DNA of 63,293 nt, filler included, from Conidiobolus incongruus B7586 (GCA_000697335.1; 9 parts of 9 records of this genome joined end to end with filler, not necessarily neighbours in it), one strand, 5' to 3'. Counted from the first letter of the whole stretch, positions 24,579-38,987 are shown. Made by a program: numbers and translations. The notes: generated from the sequence alone by a model not told the origin.

Positions 24579-26089
24579 TGCAATGATGTAGCTGATTGAT
24601 TATATATTAATAAAGTAACACGATCTTATACATGATCAGAGCATATATACTCTCAATATGAATAGGTCCAACACATAAATTGATCATACTTCTAATCTCA
24701 TTTTTTTGAATTACTTTAATATGATTATTAAAGGATAATGACTTTCCCATTTTTAGAAAGTATCTCAAAATTGCTTTGTATTTTATTTATTTTTCATAAT
24801 TTTTTAACTAACTTTTTCTTTTTGTTTTTTATTAATTTTAATAGGGATATTTATTTGGAAATTTAAAATTTTCCAAATTTTGGATTATGAATTATGATTC
24901 TTGTCACTTATTTATATATCTCTACCAAACTTTATTACTTTCAAATTATTGCGAATCATAAGTAGAGTAAGTATTAAAATAACAATAAATTCTATTTTTT
25001 ATCAAAATTAATAGTATTGTTATATAATATCAGGATATGTAAATGTGTAAATAAATCCATTTAAATATAGTCAATTAATTGATTTTATTTATCTATATTG
25101 GATTGTTACAATTGAATTGTAAGACAAAACTCTAAGGAAATTTTAAATATCAGGCAATATATGTATCATTAATAGATATCAATAATTTATTATCAACGTA
25201 ATTATAAAATAATATCAACATCTTTAGAACCACACTAAATCATTTTTCTTTTAGAATGGAAATTTCAAAAAATTGTTTATTGTATATTAATCAAAATAAA
25301 TAGAATTGATTAAAGATCTTTGATCAAGATTAAATATAACGCCCAAAACTAAAATTACAATAAAATTGAAATGGTATAGATGCCATAATTAGTGCAAAAA
25401 TAAGTGTTGACAGGTATTCGATAGTTAATTGGATCTTTATTGTATTGTTCAATCATAAATTTATTGATCAATAATATTTAATTTTTACATAGTTTATTCT
25501 TAATTGGGATCAAATTATAAGTTATCAGAAATTCTCAGATTATTATTAAATATGCACCAATACCTCCATCAATCAACATAGCGAGTCATAATCTGTCAGA
25601 TTAGGTGGTTGACTATGCATGCTATATACTAAATACATTTTAATCATTAATATAATTTTATACCTTTATTAATAGCTCATCAAGTCTTTAAATATATCCA
25701 ACATTCAGCGAAGATTATCAAAGTAGTGAAAATACTTTCTTATTTTCATTCCAAAACCATAATTAAAATAATTTTTAATTAATAATTTTTAAAAATTTAT
25801 AAAATTTTAGAATGTTAGATAATTATTGAATTTACTGGTTAATATTCACCGATCTAAATCTTTGATTATATAATCAAAATGAATAATGTGATAATATTTG
25901 TCATTTTCAATATTAAACTTAAATCACATTAGAATATATTCTACAATATACATATGTTTATCACTTGAATTATTCTTTAATTTACTTACTAATTAAATAA
26001 ATATTACTCTAGAAATTAAATTATATAATTTTATTAATTTGGAATTTAAATATATTTTCAATTTATATTTATGAAAAAAAATAAATATT

Positions 26090-27053
26090 AAGAAATTAAA
26101 GCATTAATTTATATTAATAATTGCTTTCCATACTTTTGGTAAGCTTTTATTACCTAAAAATAATTTTTTATTTGAAAGTAAAATTTTATATTTCATAAAT
26201 AATTTAAAATATTCAAAAAAAATTTAATTAAATATATTAATATAAAATTTAAATAAAAAGAAAAATTTTAATATTAAAATTTAATAAAATCATCATTATT
26301 ATATAAATCATAAAAATTGATGCAAAATAGATAATAAATACTTATATTTATTATTAATATCTCTTTACCATATTTTTAATAAGCTTTTAATATTTAAAAT
26401 ATAATTTTTTAATTTTAAACTAAAATTTAATATTTTGACAACTAATCTGATTTATTTATAGGAATTTTTTTTTTATAATTATATTTTTTAATTGTTTAAA
26501 ATAGTTATTATTATATAAATTATATTTTAATATATATAGCAGATATATTAGTTTTGTCTAATTTTTTATATATAAAAAATCTTTTATGACTTTATATTTT
26601 ATTATTACTTTATAAAATAATAATTATTTTTGATTTATAATAAGGATACTAAATAAAAATTATATTAACCCAATATTTTGTTTTGTTTTTAAATAAAAAA
26701 CTATATAAAAAAACTTAAAAATTATTCATAATAATGATTTATTATAAATACTTTTGTTTTTGGTTATATTTTGATAAATTTTATTTAGTTATAACTATCT
26801 TAGAATTTTTAAATAATTATTAGATTATTAGTGATTTATTATATATTTTGATTAATCATTTTTAATTTAATCTTCAATATAAATAAAATCTATATATTAT
26901 TAGAATTATAATGTTATAATAACTTTTTAGCTAAAATAATAAGGTGTTTTTTAATATATTTTCTTATTTTTTTTTGAATATTTAAGAATATAACTATAAA
27001 TACAGTTTTTTAATTTCTAATAAATTTTAAAATATTTCCTTTTTAGCTTTAAA
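26090..27053 (-). mobile_element. Highly degenerate mariner-related remnant
   Basis: Minus strand near 26105-26175 reads NKKLFLGNKSLPKVWKAIIN, matching the transposase C-terminus NKKNCFLGVRSLPKVWQKVIN at 36020-36102. Extent is approximate. Confidence 0.45.
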
Positions 27054-27651
27054 NNNNNNNNNNNNNNNNNNNNNNNNNNNNNNNNNNNNNNNNNNNNTTA
27101 ATTAATTAANNNNNNNNNNNNNNNNNNNNNNNNNNNNNNNNNNNNNNNNNNNNATATATATAATATTTAAAGATCGAAATTATTCATTTTATATATAATT
27201 TAAATAGTATATTTGAAAAATCAATAATCAAATATTTGTCATTATTTATTTTCTTATGTGATATCTATAAATCACTTAAAAATGTTAAAAAGGTTTCAAA
27301 AAGTATATATTTAAGCCATGATGATATTAAAATAAAAAACTTTTGATGATCACTATTTGGATTGCATATGATTAAATTTTATGATAAATTTTTATATGAA
27401 AATAATTTCCTGGAAAAATTATTATAAATGAATTTATATATATATATATATATTATATAAAGTTATAAATTCTTGTATTTATTTTATACATAAGTTAATT
27501 TTAAATCAAACAATATTTTTAGAAAGCAGAAATTAAAGTATTTCGATATTTATCATTCCCAATTAATAGTAAGAATTTAATAAAATTAATATAGTGATTC
27601 AAACTATAAAAATGTTTTGTATTAAATAGTTTATTGAATTTATTAATAAAA

Positions 27652-28112
27652 CTATTCAACGATTTTTTCGAAAACAGCTAATTCTTTATCGTCTTCACTC
27701 TTCAATATCATTTGGGTACGATAATCCAAAAGAGGGACCTTGTTGCCATCTTTATCTGTAATTCCTGCCCAAATCGTGAAACTTGTTGGGCCTTGTTGCT
27801 TGGTACAACCAAAAGGTTCACAAAGCCATCTTGTAGCATACACTACATATTGGCCATTAACAAAGTTAAACTAATCCACATATGGATTTTTAACTTGTAA
27901 GAGAATTCCCTTGTAAGTAATAGTTGCTGGAACTAGATCACCTCCGGGAACTGGAACAACGAGTACTTTCTTGACAGTTTTTTTGACCGCAACACTTTCA
28001 ACTTGGAATTTGGCAAAGCCCTATTACGTTCAAAAACATTAGGATCAGTGGTTTTTTCACAGTTTTGAGAGGGCTTAGCAAAGGCGAGAGCAGAAAAGAG
28101 TAAAAAATGCAT
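27652..28112 (-). pseudogene. Small secreted-protein pseudogene (possibly ML/NPC2-like lipid-binding fold)
   Basis: Signal-peptide-like MHFLLFSALAFA, frameshift near 28025, in-frame TAG at 27873-27871, then LCEPFGCTKQQGP...KSEDDKELAVFEK. The family call is weak. Confidence 0.5.
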
Positions 28113-29248
28113 TTTGACTAATTTGAATAATATTGAATTGACTTGATGAATATTATTTACTCTCCGACCTAATATTTATATTGATACTAATTCATATAAA
28201 CTGTTCAAATCAATTGGTATTATTCGATGTATGCATGTTAGTTCTATTAGTTTGGCATTAGATATTCGGATAAATTCAATAATTTTCCAGGCAATAGTAT
28301 TTAATTGAATCTTATAATATAATTCAAAATAACTGATATTGAAAATGCCTTGAATTTTTGTACTTATTTTTAGTTATCATTCGCTTTAACCTTGATTTAG
28401 TTATTATAAAAATAACTTATTTTCCTTTATTAGCTTAATCATAGAATAATTCTCACTTATCAACATTTTTTTGAGATTCTATTAGTATTAAATAAATTTT
28501 AACTGTCTCAAATCCAAAATACTTGATTATTTGAGATAAACAATTCACTAATTTATATGCAAAAATAATTAAAATTTAATTAAAAGAATTGCGCTAATAA
28601 TATTTTATTATATCAAGATATTATACAATCACTTTTCTTCTGTAACAGTTATGCAATTTTTCGAAATATTATATAGGAATTAATATTAATACAGGGGTCT
28701 AAAGGTTGAATCGATATCAAAATATGAGTTAAAATATATGGAAAATTGATATTCTTTTGTAACCCTTTATTTTCTGTATAAAATTTGCTAATATAAAAAA
28801 ATAATATTTAATTTCTAAATTTCAAATTTATTCAAATATTCTTAAAAAACAAGTATCATATTTCAATGTATTAATAATATTCGACTTATTTTTCAATTAT
28901 AATGTAGTTTAAATTATCTATATTAAATTTAATTTTATTGAAATCACCTATATTATACATTACAGAGCAGAATATATTCGTATTAATAAGTATTTAGTAG
29001 TTTTAATTTAAATAATTTATTTGATAAAAAATTAAACTTAATTTTATGCTTTTGTATTCTGTTTTAATAAATTGAAATAATTTTTAGCTGTATAATATAT
29101 TTATTTTTTGATTCATGCTTAATATATTTTTGTGTTCCTTTTTTAATTAATAAGTAATTCAATATAAAAACTAATAAGCTTTGAATCTATTTTGTATAAA
29201 GGGTGAATAGTTAATAATTGATATTGTTATTAAGAAAAAATTATATAT

Positions 29249-29684
29249 TGATGGGGAATAATTTTGTCTATCACTCAAGAAACTCTGATTATAACACTGA
29301 CACAAGAAGTCACATTGGAGGTACCTCATTACATGAACTGGTTGAACTCATCATTTTCAGCCCAAAAGGCATTTATGTCCATAAAAATTCCAAATTGAAA
29401 CTAATATAAGATTATCACAAGCAAATTAATAAATATATCTTTTTATCTTCATTTTCAAAAATATCCAATCTTTAAGATTTTCTTATAACACTCATAAAAG
29501 TACTGAGTTATGACAAGTGTAAGATATTTATTTTATTCAAAAAACTTGATTTGTAGTAAACTACTTTTATCTAGTTTAGCAAACCCCTTTAATTTTCTTT
29601 AATTTTTGGTAATCTATTGTTTACTATTGGTGATTCCCTGTTTAAACTCTAAAAGTCTATTTCTTCCCATATTTATAATTGTCA
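29249..29684. mobile_element. Probable solo LTR (436 bp), family shared with 13997-14429
   Basis: TGA...TCA termini with 4-bp flanking direct repeat ATAT (29245-29248, 29685-29688); colinear similarity to the first copy. Confidence 0.65.
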
Positions 29685-32494
29685 ATATATTATTAATACA
29701 AAAAATTCATGTTTGGCCATAATATTGATATATATCATCTGACACTTTCAGGTATTTTAAGAAAATCATATATATTTATTATATTATCTAAATTATCTGT
29801 ATTCATGTATTTAATCAAATATTTCAAATTATATACTTTGAAGATAATTATTAACAATTGAATTTTATAAATATAATATTTTTCAATCATTATAATTTAA
29901 TTAAAAAATTGAAGATGAATCAATAAACATATTATCTATCAAAATATTATAAAATATTAAATATATAAATTATATTAAAAATGACATTGTTATAAAATCC
30001 AACTGAACTTTGTATTTTTTACTTGCAAATAAAAAAATTATTAAATTAATAAAACAAAAATTAAAGGCTGAGTGGATGTAGATTAAAATATATAGTTAGT
30101 TATAAATTGATTAATAATCATAATTATTGAATACTAATAAATAGTGATAATAAAAGAGTTAAAATATAGCCAACATGGTTTAATAAAGTAATATTGGAAT
30201 AATACAATATATCAAAAGCCAAATGGTACCTAGTTAATTGAAATTATTATATTAATAAATTAAATTATAAAATATAAGCAATATATTATATAGACTATTC
30301 AATATAAATTAATCTTGTTTAAATTTAATATCCGGAGAGAAAAATTCTATAATAATTGTCTTTATCGAAAAGGAAGAGGAAATAATATATAAAATGTTAA
30401 TTTTTAAAATCATTAATTTTTTATTGAAAAAAATATATTGATTGGTTTTAATAATTATTATGATAAGCTCAACCACAATAATAGTTTGGGAGATAAAAGT
30501 CTATAGCTCAGCAAATTATAATAATAGATACAATGAAATAAAAATATTTATATTAATATTAAAAACTGTATCAAAATTCAAAAACACAATCTGATATAAT
30601 AAGAAAATAATTTTAATTAAAAAATATTGTTTGCTAAGGTTAATATTTTTTATTATATAAATATTTTCTCTATTTTCATATTATGTTAAAATTCCAATTT
30701 ACTTTTAAATTTATTATTTAATTAATTTTTACTCAAAATAATAATTAATATTAATATATCCTAATATTCAGAAGAAATTTAAAAATTAAAAATAAATATT
30801 ATTTAATGAATTAAAATAAATTCAAGATTATTCTAATATAATATTAAATTATAGTGAACTAGTTAATAATTTATTATATCCCATATTTTTTCTTGGTTAT
30901 GAAAATTATTAATTTCTCTTAAAATATATAGGATTTTAAGTTTTATTAGCATCAAAAAATATATATTATAAAACATATTATATAAAATATATTATATTAA
31001 TTATCGACAAGGCTAGATAAAAAATAATTGTTAAAAAATACTTAAGAATATCATATAAAATAATATAAAATGCCTTGATATCATTTTATTTAATTAGCAA
31101 ATTTATAATAAAAATAAAATAATAATAAATATAAATATTTATATTAGCAAAATAGCTACCATAATTTTTTCTTTTAGTTTTATATTTATTACTATCTTTT
31201 CAATATATAAAATAAAACTATCATCTTAAAATATATATTAAATATTTTAATATAATTATAAATAACATAGGTAAATTGAATGACGAACTTATCAATATAT
31301 ATTAGTATGAATAGTATTTTGTATTAAAGTTTATATCAGTTTATTAAATATGAAAGTTATGGAGTCTTAAATTATTATTCGATCCATATAGATATTTCTA
31401 TGATAATATTATTATAAAGCCATAGGATAAATATAGCAAATTAGTTATAAAATTATATAAAAATGATTTAATAAAATGATTATTTGATTATTATATATAT
31501 TAAACTAATAAAAGAAATATATAACAAATATAAATTTATAAAATTTTATTATTTATATAATTAATATTTAAATAAATATTTTTATAAATAAACTATTGAT
31601 CATAATATATCTATTATCAAAAAATAAAAAAATGCTTTATATTAAAAAATCAAAGCTATTTTTTTAAATATCAATTTAAGTATTTAATAATATAATACTT
31701 CAACCATTGTTACTACAAAAAAAGACAAATCAAAGAATATATTTTAGGTTTTTGAAATATATTAAAATTAAATATTATAAAAGAATTATAATATAATTTA
31801 TATTGATAGTAAAATAAAATACTTTTAATAATCTCTATTTGGATCAAACACCCTTTAATTTTTTATTGAATTTTTTAAAACAATTTTGATAAAGAAATAT
31901 TAAACATGAATATATAATATTTTTAAATCCTCCTTTTTATTTTCTATAAAATTTAATTTCGATAATAATAAATTTTTATTGTAAAATATTTGAAATAAAA
32001 CAGGTAGCAATGTTTAATTTTGAAGTATTGTTAAATTAGACTTTTTTTATATGCGCTAATAAAAGAATTTTTCCACCTAAATTATATTATTATATTACAA
32101 AAAATATTTGTTGGTTTAAATGGAACCACTTGATAGTTTGGAAATTATGATAACTAATAAATATAAAATCTACTAAAAATAATTAGTCTATGAATAAATG
32201 CTTATTATCAATAAATTTAAAATTCAAAATTGAAAGTATAAATAACATATTTATTATTAAGTAGCTCTAATTTGTTATATTAATTGATTTTTCAAAACAA
32301 GTCATAAATTAGTTGGACAAACTTTGTTTTTATGAGAAAAAAGGATTTGAAATTTAAAATAAATGAGAATTAATATAAATAAAAATAGAATCAGCAAAAT
32401 AAATAAGATTTTTCAATTTTAATTTATATATTTTTTAAAAATTCTAATTTTGTTAGTAAAATAGATATTAGAATAATTATACTTTTAAAGACAA

Positions 32495-33127
32495 TCATTG
32501 AGATTCAGTGCCTTTGACATAAGTAGAAACAATCTTAGCAAATCTTTCACCTTGAACACGAGCAATTTCTAATTCCTTTTCGGATGGTTGACGAGTTCCA
32601 TTGGGACCAGCAGTGGTACTGGCACCATAGGGAGATCCACCAACGATTTCTTGATCATTGTGTAAGTGATCGGAAGCATAACCCAAAGGAACATAGTTGA
32701 TAGCATTGTGGGCGAGCCAGTTGATCAAAGCCAAGTGAGTAGTTTCTTGACCACCGTGTTGAGAGGCAGTAGAGACAAAAGTACCAGCAAATTTACCATA
32801 GAGAGCTTTGGAAGACCAAAGACCACCAAGGGAATCGATGAAAGTCTTGACTTGAGCGGGGAAGGAACCAAAACGAGTGGGATAACCAATGAGGAAACCA
32901 TCAGCTTGAGTTAAGATTTCAGCAGTAATTTCTGGGTCTTCAGTTTGGGGAGCAGCATGAATCTTTTCTAAAACTTCCTTGGGTAAAGTTTCACGGAAGC
33001 GGTAGAGAGTAACTTCAACATTGGGAACTTTTTCAGCACCTTCCTTAATGGCCTTAGCCAATTGGTAAACGTGACCGTAAGTAGAGTAATAAGGAATAGC
33101 AATCTTAGTAACGCGACCAACTACCAT
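32495..33127 (-). CDS. WrbA/flavodoxin-like NAD(P)H:quinone oxidoreductase, short Pst2-like form, 210 aa
   Basis: YYSTYGH FMN-phosphate loop, GYPTRFG, FVSTASQHGGQETT, GGSPYGA; intronless. Confidence 0.95.
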   Translation of the reverse strand: MVVGRVTKIAIPYYSTYGHVYQLAKAIKEGAEKVPNVEVTLYRFRETLPKEVLEKIHAAPQTEDPEITAEILTQADGFLIGYPTRFGSFPAQVKTFIDSLGGLWSSKALYGKFAGTFVSTASQHGGQETTHLALINWLAHNAINYVPLGYASDHLHNDQEIVGGSPYGASTTAGPNGTRQPSEKELEIARVQGERFAKIVSTYVKGTESQ

Positions 33128-35039
33128 TTTGATATAATTTAATTATCTTTTAATATTATTCTTCGTAATGAGTGAATTGGTAATGTATATAAGGGTATTT
33201 ATAGTAGTTCGATTATGAATTATAATATATATGATCTATATGTCATTCTTAACTTTAATAATTTTGAATTCCAAAAATATTTTAAAGCTAACTTCCAAAT
33301 TTGGAAACAATCGAAATATGAAAACAATTTTTGTAGTTTGATGAGAAAAATAGAAAAATTTAACAATTCTAATAAATTGATCATAATATATTATTAATAT
33401 ATTAATTAAAAAATAATAACCAGTTATCTGTTTAAATTGGTGCCAATACAATGAAAAATCAATATAAACTCCTCATAATTTAATAATAAACAATTATAGT
33501 TTGAATTAATAAATAATTATATATACCATTAATTATAAAAATTTATGCCGTATTTTTAGTATTAGAAAATGCTTTTCAATAATGTTCCTTATAAAATCTT
33601 ATTATATATGGTGAATTTTCTATAATTGGTTAATATTATTTTATTAATTATATACATTGTATTTTTAAATTTAATATGATTGGATGTATTTGCCGAGCAT
33701 AAGGATATATCAATTATTCTTATGAGAGTAATGGTTGATATTGTATTTTGGTTCAATTATACCTCTACTATATATTAATTTTTGAAATTTTTTAGTAAAC
33801 ATAGAATTATTGTCATATCTTAAATTCTATAGTAAATTTACTTTCATTGAATATCTAATGGTATATTTATAACCTTATAATAACAAATACTAATTCTATG
33901 GTTGATAAATATTACACTAAATTGATATAATAATCATAATATATTCTGGGTTAAACTATATTTTACATAATAAAATAATGCATTTGGTGTTCAATAATTT
34001 AACATATAATTCAAAGATACATACCATAAAATCATTATTTATATAATTATTCATACATTCACTTTAACTATAACAATTAATATCATATATATGTAGTTTA
34101 TTTTAAAGCTGGATATTTTCCAATATAAACAAGATTTAAATTTTAAACTGACAAGGTAACACGAGATCACAATAAAAAATTGATTCATATTCTTAAATTT
34201 TGATAGATATGAATAAATTGAGCAAATCAAGAAACCATTATTTCGGCAAAATTTATTTGTTTAATTAATTTCAATGATTCAATCAAATTTTTATGTTCCA
34301 AATAATTGGCTCAGATTTGACCCATATTAAATTGTTATAAATTTTAAAACTTTCATACATAGATTATATTTAAAATCAGAGTAACAGATTTCAAATAAGT
34401 TTTTCATCAAAATTAAATTAAATAGAATTCGTAATTTTTCATTTCAAGCACAATATCAGTCTACTTATATCACAACTTTTTAACATTAACATTATCATAC
34501 CTGTCTGTTTGAGGTAAAATTGAAATATTAACTAAGACTATGGTGGAAAGATTGATCCAAATATAATTATGTTAATTTTAAAATATTAAATATGTTTATG
34601 CAATATAATATTTCCTTGAGATACTTAAGTTAATATTAAATAGTTTATTTAACAATAAACAAAGTTAGGAATCGATATATTTGGAAAACAATCAAATTTT
34701 TCCAATAAATAAAAATTTAGGAAATAACATGGTTTATATATTAATAAACACTTCAAATGAACTTATTAAATAATTAATAGTTTATCTCTAATTCCTAATT
34801 TTCACTTATTTTTATATAATCTATATCTATTAATGCGATGATATATTATCAAATTATTTAGCATATATATAGTTGAAAGTTTCACTAAATAATTTAATAT
34901 ATTTAGTGGTTTAAAAAGTTTCACATATTTTAAATTTATATTTTACCAAAATAAAAACATTTAAAGCGAAAAATAATATAATTTCAATAATTAATAACTC
35001 CCTTATTTTTTAATTACAAAATTCTATACTAATAGTAAT

Positions 35040-35576
35040 TGTTTAACCCTTTTATATAGATTTTTATAATATATTTTCAAATTTACATTTTTAAAATATA
35101 AAGTTGAAATGTCATCAAATCTCTTTTCTTGATTAATATTCTTTAATTTACTAACAAGCATAATCACAAGGATTCATACCTGATGAATATGGTGGATGTT
35201 GTAATAAGGACCACTTTTTTTGATAAACAAATCTTTGATATTTTTTATTATATGTATGTAACTTTTATCATTCAAATTATATAGTTGTTTAATTAAATTT
35301 TTCCTATACTAATTTATAATATTAGTTTGTAAATTTCTAAATATATTCTATTATTAAAATTTATTTTTATTGGTAATAATCAATGGAATGATATATTAAT
35401 AATATATATACTTAATAATAATATTTTGCTTTTTTCAAATAATTATTTTTTTAAAATTTTTTGATAATGGTTTTGATATTTTAACTTAAGTATTTATTTT
35501 ATCTTTTATAATAATTTATATATTAAAATCTATAATCTATCTATTAATGTAAAAATCAAATAATAATATTATTTTG
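35040..35576 (-). mobile_element. Degenerate mariner-family transposase remnant (distinct subfamily)
   Basis: Minus strand near 35160-35215 reads KWSLLQHPPYSSGMNPCDY, a decayed HPPYSPDxxPxD motif. Extent is approximate. Confidence 0.55.
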
Positions 35577-35676
35577 NNNNNNNNNNNNNNNNNNNNNNNN
35601 NNNNNNNNNNNNNNNNNNNNTTAATTAATTAANNNNNNNNNNNNNNNNNNNNNNNNNNNNNNNNNNNNNNNNNNNN

Positions 35677-36102
35677 AGGGATTATAATGGTATATGCTAT
35701 TCTTATTTAGTTCCTGAAGGAAAATCAATTAATAGTAAACTATATATTGCTTTTTTAAATAAAAGTATTTCTAATTGGTGTTCTCAATATAATTTGAGAA
35801 GACCTATTATTTTGCATGATAATTGCAAAATACACAAATCTAAAGCTGTAAAAAACTTTCTAATTAAAAATAACTGGAAAGAATTACCACATCCAGTATA
35901 TTCCCCTGATTATAACCCATGTGATTATAATTGCTTTGGGCAATTAAAAAACCAGCTTGCAGGAAAGAAAATTTCTGCAGGAAAATTTAATTGGTTTGTG
36001 AAACATCAAATTTCAGTCCTTAATAAAAAGAACTGTTTTTTAGGTGTTAGAAGTTTGCCAAAAGTATGGCAAAAAGTTATTAATAATAAAGGAAACTATT
36101 AA
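35677..36102 (+). CDS. Mariner transposase catalytic domain, partial (5' in gap)
   Basis: DYNGICYSYLVPEGKSINS...LHDNCKIH...HPVYSPDYNPCDY; 34 residues between the second and third catalytic Asp. Confidence 0.85.
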   Translation, partial: RDYNGICYSYLVPEGKSINSKLYIAFLNKSISNWCSQYNLRRPIILHDNCKIHKSKAVKNFLIKNNWKELPHPVYSPDYNPCDYNCFGQLKNQLAGKKISAGKFNWFVKHQISVLNKKNCFLGVRSLPKVWQKVINNKGNY

Positions 36103-36198
36103 ATTTATATTATATATTTATTTTTATATATCATATATTCAAATGTTTATTTATTTTTAATCGCAAAAAATTCCCATTATTAAAAATACAGAGTAATA
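35677..36198 (+). mobile_element. Mariner (DD34D) transposon M2, 3' part with right TIR; least mutated copy
   Basis: Open frame from the gap to 36102, then right TIR AAAAAATTCCCATTATTAAAAATACAGAGTAA followed by TA. Confidence 0.9.
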
Positions 36199-36876
36199 TA
36201 ATTAAAAAAGGTTTTTATAGCAAATTATTATAATTGATAAATTTTAAATATTTTTATAAAATTCTTTAATAAAATATAAATTATAAATCTAGATTAAGCT
36301 AAATTAATTCTTTTTATAAATTCCTTTAAATAAGTGTTTTTTAAAAGTAATTACTAGTTATTATAATAAATATAAAAATTATATTTAATTTTGATTTAAT
36401 TTTTGTTAGATAATTAATTAAAAATAAAATTGATATTTTTTTAAATAACACTTATTATAATTAATTTTATAATTTAATTTAAAAAAATATATTTTTTACA
36501 TAAAATTATAAAAAAATATAAAGCTAAAGTTATAAAAATTTTTCTAATTAAAAAAGATTTTAAAAACCACCATATCCAATATATTCTTTAGATTATAACC
36601 TATATAATTATATTTATTTTAAGCAATTAAAAAACTTTCTTATATGAAAGAAAATTTTTGCAGGAAAATTTAATTGATTTGGAAATATCAAATTTCAGTC
36701 ATTAATAAAAAGAACAGTCAAGTATTAAAACTTTGCTAAAAGTATGGCAAAAAATATTAAAAATAAAAAAAACTATCAATTTTATATTATTTTATTATTT
36801 TTATATTTTATATATTAAAATGTTTATTTTTTTTTCAATGACAAAATATTCCCATAATTTAAATTACAAAATAATA
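36199..36876 (+). mobile_element. Degenerate mariner M3, 3' half with right TIR
   Basis: Colinear with about 60980-61634; ends TTCCCATAATTTAAATTACAAAATAATA. Confidence 0.75.
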
Positions 36877-38987
36877 TTACTTAATTACTTTTTATATTTA
36901 AGATAAAAATAATTTAATTATTTTTTGATAACAGTCATTACATATACTATTAAGCTTTTCTCTAAAAATATAATCATTATTGAATGACAATGAAATATAA
37001 ATTGATAAATATACGATTTATATTAATTAATTATTCTTTATAGAATATTAATTTATATATATTATGATATATTTCTGGAAAAAATATAACACAATACAAA
37101 TTAGAGATATTTCGTCAATTGATCAAATAACTATATAATTAGATATTTGGATATATATTACTAAATATTGGCAAATATTATCCTTATAGTTCACATTAAG
37201 AAAGATGCACAAAAAACAGATTGAATATTAACTTTGTGATAATATCATATTTAATAAATTCATTTATTAAGCCAAAAATTTGTGATAAATACACAATACT
37301 AATTGTCATTAATGTAAACGTACAAACACATTGAGATATTTAGTTATATTATTTCCATTTTGAAATATTTTCAAATTGTGTACTTTTATCAAAACTAGTT
37401 CATAATTTTCGATAATATAAATCATATAATTCTGTTGATATAATATTAGACAGTATTTTATAATCTCATGATATATACTAAAAATAATCTTACATATACC
37501 TCAAAAATATTTTCCTATAAAAAACTATATTAGAATTATTTTTGAGTATTTGAAAATTCCTATTACTATAGATCCTCGCATATTTTGAATATCTCTTTCA
37601 AGAAATAAATTGTAAAAAATATTACGACTCAAATAGAATACCATTTATAGTTGTAAAATAGAAATTTTTGAAGTGTTTATCTTGGTATAGACAAATCAAC
37701 AAATATTTAAATAAAAATTTGATTAATAATATAAGACTGATCGAATAATACTAGTAAATTCATATGATCTACATAAAAAGAGGTTTATAGTACAAAAATA
37801 AAAATTTTGAGATCTTTTTTATTCATTTTATCCCAAAATATCAACCATATTTGATCATATTCAAAATTGAAATATAGGAAAATAATTTGTCACATGTGTA
37901 AATTTAAATATAATATTATAACAATATATTTATATCAAAGCTCATGATCATTAAAAGAGAGAAAAATATAAAAAGATCTAATTTGTAATATGAATACTTG
38001 GTAAAATTTTCCAGTTCCTAAAAATTCCGTAAATTTTGAAGAATTTTATATTGATAAGTTAGGATAAATATTCATCCATTCTCTTTGATTTTATTAAATT
38101 ATAATTTCAATTCCAAATTTTGGAATTTAAAACTGTCAAATTTATATAGTTTTCATTGATAATTTTCCTATAACTTTAATAAAAATTTAATATCATTACT
38201 AATATTTTACATTATAGAACCTTAGCAAATTAATAGTGCAATATTAATAATATAATATAAAATTTTATTTATCAAATATGTAATCAGAATTATGATAAAT
38301 AATAAAATGTTATGATCTATCAAATCACTTCCAAATAAAATTGAGTCATGTGTGAAACATTTTAAATTAATTAATTCCAAGTTAAAATGGGAATATCTGA
38401 TATGATTAATATACCTTTTATAATATTCGTTTAATTTCTGGATTGTATTTTTACATTTTATTTCCTTAAATAGACAAAATTGAATGAAATCCTGGATTAT
38501 TGAAAATGATCTCTTTTGAAAAAAATATTTAATAAAAAATTGGTTAAATCTATTATTTATTAATATTTATTTCGTTAAATGCCTATATTAATGCTAATAT
38601 TTTTTGTTATCTAATCTATATATAATAGTTTATGATATAATCCTTGTGATCAAAAGATAGACTTGAATGGATTCTGTGATTTGTCTCATCCAAATTTCCA
38701 ATTAGGAACATAGCGGAATTTTCAAATTAAAATTTCAATAGTTAATCATATGATATAATTTGACAAAGATAAGTTCATCAAAAATCGACTTATAAAAAAA
38801 TGACTGAAAAATAAAAAAGGTAAGATCACTCAATACTACCTTCTTTTACTCTTTTCATCCCAACCTACAACTATTAACTGTATATTAACCAATCTTTGAT
38901 TTTAAAAAATTTCATTGTATAATTATTAAAATCATATAACTATTAAAATAAAATAACTCGCATATTTAACATTTTTTACTTTTATCA

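Noticed and set aside
29218..29409. 63-aa ORF
   Set aside because: Lies in a solo LTR and is not open in the second copy
37000..37800. Possible decayed F-box/LRR-like coding relics (also near 43600-44600)
   Set aside because: Too many stops and too little motif support to call by eye
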